A stretch of DNA of 64,000 bases from Trichosphaerium sp. ATCC 40318. Its lineage: Eukaryota > Protista > Tubulinea. The notes below the pieces were generated by a model. That model was not told the origin of the DNA, searched no databases, and worked only from the letters and a program-made list of their open reading frames with translations. Shown here piece by piece: positions 1 through 13,898 of the stretch; position 1 is the stretch's first letter, and each line of letters starts with the position of its first letter. Location: positions 124,001-188,000 of the forward strand of contig JALMLS010000385.1 in NCBI GenBank assembly GCA_038496445.1, in the 5' to 3' direction. The translations under genes were made by a program, and so were the position numbers.

Positions 1-3000
1 GATGTTATGGCCTTATGCAGCATTTTATAAGAAAGATATGTCCAAGGAACCTAATTCTGCAATGACATCAAGTGGTGGACGAGAACTTGACGAAAAAATA
101 ATCCAAACCAAAGAGGCTGGAAAGATAACTTCAGCACAATAGTACAACGAAACAGTCAGGAAGAAGAAATAGTTACATAGTAGAGAGTAATGAAAGCGAT
201 ACTAGCGAAGCCAGCAACAGTAACCTTTTGAACTAATAAGACATGTAAGACCGTCCAAGTGTTTTGTGTTTTTCCAATGTAAATGGGGAACTCAACTGTA
301 GTTACAACCCAACTAGCAATAAGATTACAAATTTGATACTGGCATCCACAAGGTATTTCTTCACTATCTTGACTGATTACGATTGTTGAGTAGGTACAAC
401 TAGATTCACAGAGTGGTTTGTTAAATCACGTGCCAACAAGAAGCAATAAGTCTAAATTTAAGTTCAGATTGCAAAGGATGTATTGTAAGCCACAGAGCAC
501 ATGCTAATTTGTACGAGACAACACGTAATCTTTACAGTTTATTCGAAAAGGTAGTTTTTTTGAAAAGCCTTGAATTCTAAAAGTCTAAAAAAGTGAAGGT
601 GTTCAATAACTTTTCACATAACAGCACAGTGCTTACTTTTCAAGTAAGTGGAAAATATCACGTGATGTTATCACCAACGTAAATGCTCCAGTAAAAGATG
701 CGTGTAGGTCCAGGAGCACCTAGTTCTTATGACTCACAATCACGTGCAGAAAGGCTTTGACCGCCATTCCTAGTCAAGCATTTGGGTTTCACACCTTCAA
801 CAAAAATGCATCGTGCTCTTAATACATATCAAGATGAAGGACACGTGCGTTTTGGAGAAGAATCTTTCCAAACCGTCAGTATAGACAGATTAGCAATGTC
901 TTCGGACTTTCGAGACGGTCCTACGCCACCAGGTATATCTGAAGAACAGAGACGCGTCGAAGAAGCAAGGATTAAAACAGAAAAACTACAAAAAAAGCTG
1001 GCTTCTGTTGCTCGTCAATTACAAGAGGTTTGTGGCTTGTTATCAAGGAGTTTTTTGTTCAACGTTAGCTAATGATGTTTCCAAAGAGCGAAGATCAGTA
1101 CAAACAAGTGGAGGCTCAATATTCCGCTACTGTAGGTAGAAAGAGCATGCTTCGTAGTTCATCAAGTCCACATATAAGCCGTAAAGCTAGAAGACGTAGT
1201 TTATCAGCGGCAGTAAGACCAAAGGCCATACGAAGTAATATACCTGATTTCAGGCGTCGTTATGATCCAACAAATACGGCACCGCCTAATGCTATTAGTA
1301 CACCGCCTGTACGACGCCATTCTGCTTTCTATAACCGACAAAAAACTAAACGACCAAAAAAAAACCAAAAAAACCTCAACTTCTTTTCGTAACACGTGAT
1401 TAGGTCCCTCAATACGTTGATATCCAAGAAATACCTCCTCCTGTTTCTATACCATCTGATAACTATGAACCCGATTATTTACGCACTGGTATCGTAACAC
1501 TAAATATGCCACCGCCTCCACCACCGGTAAAACCTAAAAATAATCTTTTATGTTTGTTTTTGGGATTAATTTTTAAAATGGCGTCTCACACTTGTGTTAG
1601 GTTTTTAGATCGCCTTCTCTAGACGCTCTTAAAGATGAAGTAAAACACCACAGTAGCTATGGTAATATCCATATTGGTTATCCTCCCCCACGTGCACTTC
1701 AGGTACATTTGTAGAAAAAAACCCATTTATTAAAGATTGTCGCTTACCTCCAGAGCTCTAGTCAAATCTTCCTCCTGATAGGAATCTATACAGCTCTCCA
1801 ACAGAGATGAGTAGTAATCCAGACGAATTTAGAGGCAAAAGAGACTCAAAGGTGAATAATAACGAGAATAACCTCAACGTCATTCATTGACCTTTTTTTG
1901 TTTTTTAGCGAAATACTGTAGCACTCTCTGAATTGAGGAACAGGCGATATACCGTTAGTAATGCGCCTAAAGCAATATCGTATCAAACAATATCCCCTCC
2001 ACCAGAGCATAGCGGCGAATCTTCTTCTTCTCTTGCGTCAAAGGTACTAAATCGTTTCACCCATTTTATACATAAATTACCTCAACAGTTAAACACTTTG
2101 TTGTTAACACATAATCAGGCCAGTATATCATCAACTTTTAATGCAGAAACGGAAGCTTCGAACTTAAAGAGATGTCTAAAAGGTTGGCGGACTACAATAC
2201 GTAATGCCATTGATATTCTTGTTAATAGGTTAGTTTTTTTTTTTTCAAGAAATTAAAGGAAAAATGAAAAAAAACCAACTTAACTGTCGATTAGAGACCC
2301 AGAAGAGCTTCATGAATTGCAGGACGCTTTTTTATCAAAGTATAAGGTATCTGTTGAAAAATATATAAAAGGCAAGACAACTTCATCGCTACAAACTCTT
2401 GTAGTAGGCTTTGGTAAGTTTTTATTGATAGCGAAAGAAACTGTGTACAAGTTTTTCTTCCTCTTTTTGTTCTCACCAATGGTTTCCGTTTATAGTACAA
2501 TCACGATCAATGATGTGTGCAACGTACTTTCATAAGTGTTTGGATGAACAAAATGCCAAAGGTATGACGACAAAAAGACCATAAAAAGAGGATTCTTAAC
2601 TTAACAGCAAAAACATAGGGATTGTTGATGTCCTTACTCAAAACACAAATCTTCAACTTCGGAGGATATGTGATGCTTATAACGAGAAATATGCTGATGG
2701 TAAAGGCGCTGAGCAAATAAAAAGGTACACAAATAGTCGATCTTTTTAACACCATTGTTTTTTTTTTTAACTTTGTGTTCGTTTAGAGATGTCCGAAGTA
2801 AAACACAGAAAGGGTTCCTCAGATTCGCCTTACAATTATTGAGTTGTAATCGAGAAGAAGAAGTTGTAAAAAAGGAAGTAGATGCTGACTGTAGAACTCT
2901 ATACAAATGCGTAAGTCAGTTTCAAGCGCTCACTTACAAAAACGTGTTCATTTCTTAGAACTTACGTTCCTTTTCTAGTCTGTTATAGACCCTGATCCTA

Positions 3001-3519
3001 AAACTATCATTGATTTATTTGCTACACGGTCAAGAATACATCTAAGAGCAGTTAATCATAAATACAAAAAATGGTACCCAATCAACCTAAACACCATAAA
3101 AAGTCACTAACAAAAAATTTTTCTAACGAAAGGTACTTTAAAAACCTTGACACTGTAGCTTCTGAATCTATGAAGTCAAAAACAGGCTGTAAATTCGCTT
3201 TACAAGCACTATGTACGTTTTTGAAAATAACCTATCCAAATACTTTGTCACGTGATTTTAATTTGAAGTCTGACATGTTCTATTAATAGTACATAACAAG
3301 ATAGACTATTATGTTCGTCGTCTTCATAAAAGTTCGGATAGTAGTTCAATAACACATGCTCTTTTAAGTTGTTCAGCTCCAGAGAGGTTAGCACTTGATA
3401 AAGAATATAAGCGTGTTTATGGTAAATCACTTCATGATTTTATAAAGTCTAATACATCCGGACACTATCGATATGGTTTATTCAAACTTATGGACTATAA
3501 TTCTGCAAACGATTTGTAA
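1..3519 (+). CDS. Annexin-family protein with a very long Ser/Pro-rich N-terminal extension; multi-exon, 5' end not resolved
   Basis: Spliced exons give four annexin-like repeats: FNAETEASNLKRCLKGWRTTIRNAIDILVNR, LTQNTNLQLRRICDAYNEKY, IIDLFATRSRIHLRAVNHKY and YKRVYGKSLHDFIKSNTSGHYRYGL. Stop TAA ends at 3519. Upstream exons carry a coiled coil and PPPPP tracts. Confidence 0.8.
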
Positions 3520-4684
3520 ACCAGGTGTGCCACCAGACACAAAAAAAAAAAAAGAAAAGGAAAAAGCTCTATCCCCAAAAGACCTACCAACTCCAAGTTA
3601 GTTGACCAAACTGATTGTTTCGATGACATGATTATGGAGCTCCTATTGTAAATAATATGTAAAAATAAAATTGAATGAAATAGAGTGAAGATCGCATTGC
3701 GTCTAAACGATAGCAGCTACCAATTTAGCCAATTCTGCCTCCTGCTTGAGTTGAAACTGTGACGACTCTTCAGGTTCATTAGTACTTGCACTCTTAGAAC
3801 TAGCACTATCAAGCAATTGAACTTTTCCCTGTATGGCAAGAAAGATGTGAGTTGAGGACTGTTTTGATGTGAGATAAGGCACAGCCCGGATTTCTGCAAG
3901 TTCTCAGAGTTGGTCATAGTAATACTCATTGTTGTCAGCAGTTGATGCTTCTATGCTGAACTCTGGTGGATGATCATACCTGATTAAGAAAAAAGTTTAA
4001 AAAAAAGATTTAGATATTTATTGTTTGAACATACACTTATGTTTTAAGCATTTTTATACATTAAAAACACCTAATGCACCTACATCAAACATAACTTGTC
4101 CTGTCTTAGTACGCAACTTTTCAGTGACGGAATGCAATAAACATTGGGTACATGGCTCGAAAGGCGCAGGTCAAAGATGTGTTTGGGACGAAGGAACAAA
4201 TAGCTGTAACGAGAAAGGACCTATGTGATGGTAATGCTGGTCTGGAGAATATAAATGTAACAGGTAATACATAAAGAATTCGACAATCGAATGTTTCAAC
4301 TTGAGCTAACTTTCGCTGTTAATAGAAAGGATGGGGCACGTGAAACAAATTGCGCTATACTTCAGTTTTACGCATACTCAAGAGCCTCAGATAAATATCG
4401 TTTCACGGATTAAGAAATAACGAAGGTGCAGAGTTTGTGAAAGCAGGTTAAAGCTTCTGACTGAAAAAGATGCACATTTCAGCCGGTGAACAGAACAGGC
4501 GATCGTCAGCAAGCAATCAACAACTACTATAGCAAATAGAACTGAGTTTCTTTATATTACTTTCATACAAATTGCTTTCATTTCCATCATATGCTTGCTC
4601 TGAGTTTGAACTATCTATTAGGATAAATGTGTTTCTTTCTTACCAAGAGTCTTTGTTGCGTATTGGTGGTTCAAACGTATTGGT

Positions 4685-6486
4685 CTAAATATTAACAAAA
4701 TGTACACCAGAAAGAACTTTCAACCCTTCAGGTGTAACCCTTGTGTTAGCCAGATAGATCTTTTTTACACCAACAATTTCTTTTAACCCTTTATCTGTAA
4801 TGTACCAACAATATGACAGAGATAAGGTATGGACGCCAACAAGTGCTTTTAGCCCTTCATCTGTAACAGATGTGTTCTTTAGAAAGATTGAATGAACGCC
4901 GGAAAGTGCTTTTAATCCTTCATCTGTAACTGAGGTATTAGATAGATGGATAGTATGAACACCAGAAAGTGCTGTTAATCCTTCATCTGTAACTGAGGTA
5001 TTAGATAGATGGATGGTATGTACACCAGAAAGTGCTTTCAATCCTTCATTTGTAACTGATGTATTATTAAGAAAAATAGTATGAACACCAGAAAGTGCTT
5101 TCAATCCTTCATCTGTAATTGAGGTATCATTAAGAGAAATGGTATGTGCGCCAGAAAGTGCTTTTAATCCTTCATCTGTAACCGAGGTATTAGGTAGATA
5201 GATTTTATGTACACCAGAAAGTGCTTTCAATCCTTCATCTGTAACAGATGTGCCACATAGATAGATTGTATGTACACCAGAAAGTGCTTTCAATCCTTCA
5301 TCTGTAACTGAGGTATTAGATAGACGGATTGTATGTACACCAGAAAGTGCTGTTAATCCTTCATCTGTAACTGAGGTATTAGATAGATAGATTGCGTGAA
5401 CGCCAGAAAGTGCTTTCAATCCTTCATCTGTAATTGAGGTATAATTAAGAGAAATGGTATGTACACCAGAAAGTGCTTTCAATCCTTCATCTGTAACAGG
5501 TGTGCGTGATAGAAAGATTGCATGAACGCCAGAAAGCGCTTTTATCCCTTTATCTGTTATATGTTCGCACCTATATAGCTGAACAGAATGAGCACCAGAA
5601 ATGAACTTTAATCCTATATCTGTAACCGAAGCGTAATTAAGAGAAATGGTATGTACGCCAGCAAGTGCCTTTAATCCTTCATCTGTAATTGAGGTATCAT
5701 TAAGAGAAATGGTATGTACGCCAGAAAGTGCTTTCAACCCTTCATCTGTAACTGAGGTAGCATTAAGAGAAATGGTATGTACACCAGAAAGTGCTTGCAA
5801 TCCTCCACCTGTAACCGAGGTAAAATCAAGAGAAATGGTATGTACACCAGAAAGTGCTTTTAATCCTTCATCTGTAACTGAGGTACCATCAAGAAAAATG
5901 GTATGAACACCAGAAAGAGCTTTCAACCCTTCATCTGCAATTGAGGTATCATTAAGAGAAATGGTATGTACACCAGAAAGTGCTTTCAACCCTTCATCTG
6001 TAACTGAGGTAGCATTAAGAGAAATGGTATGTGCGCCAGAAAGTGCTTTTAATCCTTCATCTGTAACCGAGGTAAAATCAAGAGAAATGGTATGTACACC
6101 AGAAAGTGCTTTTAATCCTTCATCAATTAAAGGCTGTCCACATGAGCTAAGAAAAATGTAACGAACACCAGCAAACGCCTTTATAACTTCATTAGATGTT
6201 GCTTTACCAGTAAGTTTGATGCGTGAGTGCTGGAGAGTACTTGAGTGTTTTAAAATTGCTTTTGCTTGGTCAACACTTGAAACGTAAATGCGACAGTATC
6301 CGATAATGTCGTGAATGATAGAGGAAAGGCGACGACAAGTTTGAGAAGCGGCAAAGCGAGATTTTGTTGTTTTACGTAAAATAAGAGCTAAAATCTCTGT
6401 GGGAAGGTCTAAAACGCTTTTCGTATGTTAGAACAGTTTAACAGCTAATTTTGCTCGCACTTTTTGGTTATGCTCTTTTCTGACAT
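4685..6486 (-). CDS. F-box + leucine-rich-repeat protein with about 23 21-aa repeats
   Basis: ATG at 6486, then a 44-nt GT-AG intron (6460-6417, with CTAAC branch motif), giving MSEKSITKNVLDLPTEILALILR (F-box). The frame is open into ORF 4685..5989. Repeat unit GVHTIxLxxTSVTDEGLKALS. Confidence 0.9.
4700..6125. repeat. Coding tandem repeat with 63-bp unit and a 252-bp higher-order duplication
   Basis: CCTTCATCTGTAA recurs at 63-bp spacing (e.g. 4918, 4981). GGTAAAATCAAGAGAAATGG occurs at 5819 and 6071. Confidence 0.95.
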
Positions 6487-7887
6487 CCCACCAAGCTTTA
6501 CAGCGCAAAAGTGTATGGATAATAACTATCAAGCAGAAGCACAAGAGGTCAAATCTTTTTTGTGTAAATTTATTGCGGAGTAGTTCAGAACAACATAGAG
6601 AAAAAACTTCTCATAATTTTCAAAAACACGTGCTCATCAGTGCTTTTTTTTTTGATTCTGAGATTTAGCACGAGTGTTGTTTTATTTCTCGTTCGTTAAG
6701 CACAGTGTAGCACTATGGCTTGTCCATTCTAAGGTGTTTATATTACTCGGTTAGCACACTTAGATTGCTTTATCGAAAGCTTTATAAATTTTTCGATTGG
6801 TTGCATATTCATGCTACAATTGAATAAGTCAAGTGCTCACTACAAATAGCTGTTTTTATTTGACCTCATGACGGTAAATTGTGGCCAATACTCTTTAGTA
6901 CCTACACCAATACCATATTTGTACTAGAGCAGCATAACACAATAATAATGGAAGAGTTAAGATGCTAGGAATAAAGATTCTGATTTGATTCCAACGTTGT
7001 TGGTTAACAATTCCTGCAACGAAAAAAATGAGAAAACAAAATAACTTAGTTGTACTATGCATACCTTGTAGTTCTTCGCAATTCCTCTTGTGCTTGCACA
7101 AGTGATTATTTATACATCCATACTTGGTCTTATCATAGCATATCTCGTGTCCAAGAGCTAAATTGTTGTTCAAGTAAGCAATCGTTTCGTAAAAGAAAAC
7201 AGAGTATGATTGATTGATTGATTTTAGAAGTAGCCGTACGCCCACAAACTATTTGATCTTTTTTACAAACTATACCACTACAGAAATGTGTTTTTCGGGA
7301 ATAGCATCGGGCGTAGGTATCCGCTAAGCATTGATTTAGTATAAAGATTACAACTCTGTATTCATACACCAACACAAAGCCTCTGTTAGTCCGCAATGAG
7401 AGTATCCACGGTAGCACCTTTGCTTTCTAGGATCATAGCACCTACCTTCGCCAGGGAAATACTTTGCTAGATTGTATACAGTGAACAAAAAGAACGATTA
7501 CTACAACAATGCTCTTGTTAAATTCAATTGTAAAACTGCTTAGGAGCACACGTACTTGGATGGCATTTTACAAGTCCATCTTCACATTCTAGAGTTATTA
7601 CCTCTTTAATAAAGAGCGAGACTAAAATTGGCAGGACATAATACCTTAGCATGATCAATTGGAAATAATAACGTCGAGTTTAAATCAATCAAAGTATTCA
7701 CTTAGCTAGACATTTGATAATTAAGTTTTGAATAGTCCCTGGCAAGACATAGGTACTCTTGTCGGGTTTTACATTATTCATAAAACATTACAATGTGGGT
7801 AATCAGATGAGTTCGTGCCAGAAGACACGAAAAGTACAGATAAAACAAACAAGATAACACTTTTTTTTATTTTGTACAAATCGGTTT

Positions 7888-10791
7888 TTACTTGGCTGGC
7901 TGCTTTCTCTTTGCATCAGCTAAGGCATGCCATGCAAGTGTACTCTTTGGTCTATTAGGAACTAAATATTTCTTTTCTAACTTAACAGCATAGCCATGAA
8001 ACTCAGTATCCTAAAAACAAAATCAGTGACTCGTTATTCAGAATTGAAAAAAAAACTGAACACAAGTAAAAAACTTTGCTCAAGAACACCCAATGTAATC
8101 TCAGTAAGTACACTAGTGTATCGAAATATGGGTTTTACAGGGTGAATTATTTAGTAGAGTAGCTGTGGATATAAAGAAAAGAAGAAAGGTATACAACAAG
8201 AACAAAAATAGTGTACCTTTGGATTATATTTTTTGCAATTCTCAACAACCAACTGTAGATCAGCAAAGAATATCTCTTCAGTAATATAAAAATTATTTTC
8301 AAGTCTGGTTCTAATTGTACCCAAATCTAAAGAACATAAGGATGAAAGAAACCTCAACAAAAACCGACAATAAAACAGCAAAAAGTGCAGATGAAAAACA
8401 TTTGAAAAAAAAAAATCAATTCCAAAAAAACAAGCAGCGAGAACAATTTTTTGGTCCCTCACTACAAATAAAATCCCTGTAGAACATATATCGGGTGCAG
8501 AGTATTCACTTATATCTTGATGAATTTTGGTAGGTGATAAGTCGAAAACAAACAAAATTAACAAACAAAATGTCAAAGGTTGTACCCATAGGATTATCAA
8601 TTTTTGATAAGTAGTCATCCACTACAGGCTGTGGTTGTGAGTTAGCTACTGGTTCAAGAAATGGCCAACTTAATGCATTATCTTTTACAATTTTCTAAAC
8701 GAAAAGTAAGTCAGAGGCATGAGATAAAGAAATTTTAAACGTACATCCAAAAGAGTCCTATTTTTAATCTTCAGCAATCGTTGGTTCTCAGGAGCCATCT
8801 GACGTTCATATTCTGTAGAATCCCATCCAGTAGAAACTAGAGTAACCAAGAGAGTTAAAACTTTAAACAAACTAAGAGATACTCACCAATAGAGCTTAAT
8901 CGTTCTGCTCGTATACAAGTATTCTTTAAGCCATTCTCTGTCAATTTCAAACCTAGAAAATTTTAAGAACACCACGTGATCATATTTACTTGTAAGAAAG
9001 AATATTTAGGTTTACTTACCTTGATAAATATTATGCTGTTGACAGTATTGCTTCAAGATATTATACAGTTTCTGAAAAAAAGAGACAATTAGAAACGAAA
9101 GTTTGTTAATCATATTTTTGAGACTTACCATTCGTTGATTCCTTACCCACCGAGGTGCTTCAAGGTAATCTATATTTTTAGCTAACTGACAGTGCATAAG
9201 TGTACTGTTCTCATAATCCTAAAGCGACCATGAGAAAACAAAGAAAAAGATAAACAAAGGTTTCGAAAAGATACAAACCTTAATCTTTCCCTTCCAGATC
9301 TTCTTATCAAGTCTAATCTCCTTTCTAAACCCTTGTTTCTTAAAATAACCAACAGCAAAATCATCAGCATATGTTAATATATGGCCAACATCCCTCTGCT
9401 TTAACTTCTCTTTCAACTGTGACATAGTACGTGTTCCGAAACCCTTACAAAAAATTAGTTAAATCTTTTTTAAGAAACAACTTCATCGTTGCAATAGTGT
9501 GATATCTAAATACCTTTTGACGACATTCTTGTGCTATAGCTAAGAATACAAGTTCACAAAACGGATGCCAAAGTCGGAAAGTACAACCTAATCGAATAAG
9601 AACTGAAAAAAACAAAACTTTTGAAAAACAAAGATGTTTATACATACCACCAATAACCGTTATGTCGTTCTTTAAAATAACCATAGAATGATGGTTTTTA
9701 TCATATATAATCCTTGCAATATAAGCCTTTGGCATATAAGGTAACAGTTTTCCAATAAGTGTCTTTAAATTAGATAACAGCTTAAGTTGTCTAGGCGATC
9801 CATCATTCGTAACAACTTCAAATACAATCTCTCCCGAGTCTTCCATCTCCTTTGCTTTTAAATCACGCTGAGCGAGCTTACTACCCCACTAATAAATGGT
9901 ATTAGATCAACAAAAAGAACAGAGATAAAAAAAAACCCCAATAGCTACACGTGATAACAACGTGACTACAAAACTCCAACAAAAAAAAAAAAAACATGAC
10001 TTCCGATAAACCTTTAAAAAAATAAAGCAAAAGGAAACGCAACGCCCACGAGGCGCCAAGTAATCTACAATTCAACTGACACTTTAAAAAAACGTACAAA
10101 GTCTTCCTTGACAATAGCACAGTCAATTTGCATTGCATCCTGCATGTTAGTATCCTGTACCTCCTCAAGCTCTGCGAATCCTAAGATACAAACAATAAAT
10201 ATCAGAGCAAGTTCGAAATGATGTTAAATGTAAAAATTCAGCCTCGGAGGCGTCGTAAATAATGTATTTGAGTAAACTATGCGGTTTTAACTGGTTTTAA
10301 TAAAGTTGTATGGAAATGCTGTTTACACGTGATTTTTAATGTGTATTTGTAAGCTCTTTGGAGCGTAACGTTAACAGCCAACGAAATTGTAGAGTAAAAT
10401 TAGCCGCTTTTTTTTTTTTTGGGTTGCAATCTACAAAACCCTGTTTATCACGCCTCCCTTACCGTTGAGGTCTCCATGAGCGCTACCAAGTGCAGAGGCT
10501 TCTATGTAGTTGCCTACAGGCAAAGCAAGATCTTTTGTTAAAAACTCACTGCTGTGGTGCTCACTCGAGGATAATTGGTCGTGATTTATAGGTTGGAGGT
10601 CAACCGTTTTGCGTTTGTTGCAAAAAAACTGGTGTTCAAAAGGAGCATCCATCAACGAAGGAGCATTCATTGTTATTGACTTTTTTTGTCGGTAAATACT
10701 TTTTTTTGACTTTTTCAACCGAAAAAAATTAAGGAGATTAATTACCTGAGGAAGGTTGCACTATTTCGCCGTTTGGTGAGTGCATAGCCAT
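7888..10791 (-). CDS. GCN5: GCN5/KAT2-type histone acetyltransferase (GNAT domain + bromodomain); multi-exon
   Basis: Motifs [39 protein letters not shown] and [12 protein letters not shown]. Bromodomain [45 protein letters not shown]. Confidence 0.9.
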
Positions 10792-11071
10792 GATGATTGG
10801 TTTTACTGAGTTTTTTTTGAAAAAGTTGTTTCAGTTTACGCTTTGAATTGAAGAAATGCAACTTCTACGAAGAAAAAAAAGTATCTAAGGCGTAGGAGAA
10901 GCTCTATATAATATAAATCAGCAATAAACGCCTAAACGTGTTGCAAACGATAATACACCGTACTGAAGTATGAATGAGATAAAATGCAAAGCTTGCACGC
11001 GCGTAATGGACTTAAAAATTGAATTTAAGCCAAAAGCCGTTTCCAGCTTAATTTTCAAATTTATTGACAAA

Positions 11072-13898
11072 ATGGTTGGATTAAAGCGCCTGGGCGTGCC
11101 CTTGACAATACTATTCACTTTGCTAGCGCAATTAAACGTTCTCCAGTTGTTATTATTCGTAATGCCAGCTGAGGGCGCTATGGTTTTTGATGTATACAGA
11201 ATGTTACAATACGATAAAGGGTCCGATCAATTTGGCCCTCAACGCGTCACAACAAATCTACTGGCAACAACATTGCAAGCATCATCAACGGGCTCTCTCC
11301 GCAGAAAGATAGTGGTAGCACCAATAGCGAACTTTACGCGTGATATCGCCGAGGACGTACGTTTCCATTGATACCTCTGCGTTGCAGCGTACACCGCAAC
11401 AAAATGACGCTCAGAAAAAATTTGAGAATACAAAACCCTCAAAACCTGTTGTTGATCACCAAAATCGCGCTGATATGCTTACGAGCAATCGTTTTGTTTA
11501 TTTATGCGTGACTCACTACTTTTTGAGACAGTCAGCGTGTTTCATTTAAAAAGAGCCTAATAATGTACCTAGATATTAGATACAAGGGAAGCAGATGGTC
11601 TATTAATTCTCCTGCCAAAGTCAAAACCTATCAACGAGGTAAGCAACGTGTTTCGCTCAAAACAACGCAAAACCATCATTTAATGTTACATCGCTCAATA
11701 TTATGTATTTTCCTAAAACCCAATGTAGTTTGACGCTCAATGGCAGCCAGTAGAGCAATACCTCCTTGAACAAAAGATTGTAGTACCTGTATTCTTCGCA
11801 TGGTATGATAGAATGTTATGAAAACGCAGTTGAACCCAAAAAAACCAGTTTTAGAATTTTTTTTTTGTTGATTTTCTGATTTGCAGATTTTCGCTTTTAT
11901 TGATTTATTGTGCAAAGGGAGAGTGCTTCAGATAACTTATATGAGAAGCTCATTACGAAAGAAAAGAGTGCTATTGATACAGATGATTATCGTCTTGTTG
12001 TATCTGCAGCAAACGCTAAACCTATTAAAAAGTTTACTATGAAAAATATTCAGGTACCCAATACACATTTTTATTTTTTTGGGTGCTGTGGTGCTTTTTT
12101 GATCAAAATGTTTTCCCACAGTATGACCTAGTCATTTGTCTATTAATTACAGACCCTGTTTGCGGATTAGCATTCCGCAGAATGGCGTATTTAATTTCTG
12201 TTATTGGATATTTTTTTAAAGTGTCATTACTTGTTTCTTGCTTACTTATTTATACCTGAAGGGTTGGCTTCCTGCATCACGAGCAAAAGCTAATACACCT
12301 ACTATAGCGATTGTTGCATCATACGATACTTTTGGTATTGCACCAGTACGAGATCTTTGTCTTTTTCAATCTCCAACTAAAAGAGACTGTCGTTGTTTTT
12401 GAACGTGAATTAACTGAATCCCAAGGATATGGCAAGTGGCGCCGACGATAACGCGAGCGGTGTTATAGCATTACTTGAATTATCAAGGTTGTTTGGACAA
12501 TTATATAGACAGTCAAGAACACATGGCAAATATCCTTTTCAACTTGTTGTTTTTTTTGCTTTCAGTAGTTTTCTCATAGTTAAACCACTTAACTCTTTGT
12601 TAAATACAATTTGCTCTTCCTTTTAACTACTGGAGACAAAATTAACTATATGGGATCTCGTAACTGGCTTGCTGGCGCTGATTCACAACTTCTAAAGAGC
12701 ATAGAGCTTGTACTCTGTCTTGACTCCATTGGCACTTCTGAAGGTCTAAAATTGCACGTTTCTAGACCAAACAAGGAAGCCAGCCCTCAAAGTGTATTAT
12801 ACGAGGTATGTAAATTGTATTCTATGTAGTACAAGCTAGCTTGTTCACGATAGCTATTTTCTTTCGTTTTTTTTAGATGCGTCACAGTTTTTCTTGTTTT
12901 TTTCGCTGAACACAGTCTCGAGAGAACAGACGTTTATTATTATTGTTTTCTGATTTCGAAATTTATGTTCTTTGTTTTGTTCGCATATTTTGTATCTTAT
13001 TTTAATTATTAGACGTTTGCATCTACTGCAAAGGAGATGAATATTCCTTTTGAGTTGTCTCATAAAAAAATTAAAGTAAGACAAGCTTCTCTTGGTTTTC
13101 AGCATGAGGCTTTCGCTCTTAAGCGTAAGTTCGCTGTAACACTATCACAAAAATCAGCTCCAGGAGTTGAAAGGAGTACAAACTTTTTTGACACGAGGTA
13201 CAAACGAAACACGTGAACTCCAATAAGAAAATTTTTTTGTGTTTTTTTCTTCGTGTTAACTGGCTCTGTAGGGATCGTGTTGATATGAAGGTATTATCAC
13301 GTAATATTAAGTTTATTGGTGAGACTTTAAGCAAAGTTATATACTCAGTAAAGAGAGATAGCGATTTTTCTGTATTTGAAGTACGCTTGGCCTTTTTTCT
13401 TCATTTTTTATTCTTTTTTGAGTGCTTTTGCCCTCTTTTGCTCACTGGTTTTAAGGGTTATTATGGACTCAATGAGGCCTTTATGTCTTCTTGGTTAGAT
13501 GTTTTAACTAAAAATACACGTATGGTACCATTCTATGATAGCGACAAACTAGCCGGTGGTCTTGAACAAGTATGTAGTAAAGTTCTTAAATTAATTTTGA
13601 AAAGTGCTTTTTGACACTATACTGATGCTCGAGTTTTTTCTAAAATTTTGTTGTAGGTACTTGAGAGTGTTGTTGTTGCTGTTAGTAATACTTCATTCTC
13701 ATTGAATGACGAGAAGACGTTTTATGATAAGACAACTCTCGAAATGTCAGTTTTTAGAAGCAAGTCTATTCTTTTTGATATTGCCTTTACACTATTGACT
13801 GTCACATATCTTATTGCCCTATTTTATGTTCTCAAGGTATGTTATATGATATTTAAATATCATATTCTAGTGTTATCAAACCATTACAGCTCAACTGA
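11072..13898 (+). CDS. NCLN: Nicalin (M28 peptidase-like ER membrane protein); multi-exon
   Basis: Signal peptide followed by FDVYRMLQYD, PTIAIVASYDTFGIAP, GADDNASGVIALLELSRLF, YNLLFLLT..NYMGSRNWL, VLCLDSIG..LKLHVSRP, and a C-terminal transmembrane segment. Confidence 0.9.
12530..12603 (+). other. U12-type (minor spliceosome) intron with AT-AA termini
   Basis: 5' ATATCCTTTT; branch-like CCACTTAAC about 10 nt before the 3' end. Removing these 74 nt restores RTHGKYNLLFLL. Confidence 0.8.

Noticed and set aside
3703-3980. Exon-like minus-strand frame with an in-frame TGA at 3904-3906, suggesting codon reassignment or selenocysteine
   Set aside because: Conserved genes use TGG for Trp and several end in TGA. 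Other in-frame stops in the window co-occur with frameshifts. Best read as a gene relic.
4700-6125. Regular repeats with variable segments resembling a CRISPR array
   Set aside because: They are in-frame coding LRR units in a eukaryotic gene, with no unique spacers and no cas genes.
6422-6424. Apparent ACG (non-AUG) start for the F-box LRR gene
   Set aside because: A 44-nt GT-AG intron joins an upstream ATG exon (6486) in the correct phase.
6895-7790. Short minus-strand ORFs with a Cys cluster and a hydrophobic segment
   Set aside because: I could not build a consistent spliced model or recognise a family.
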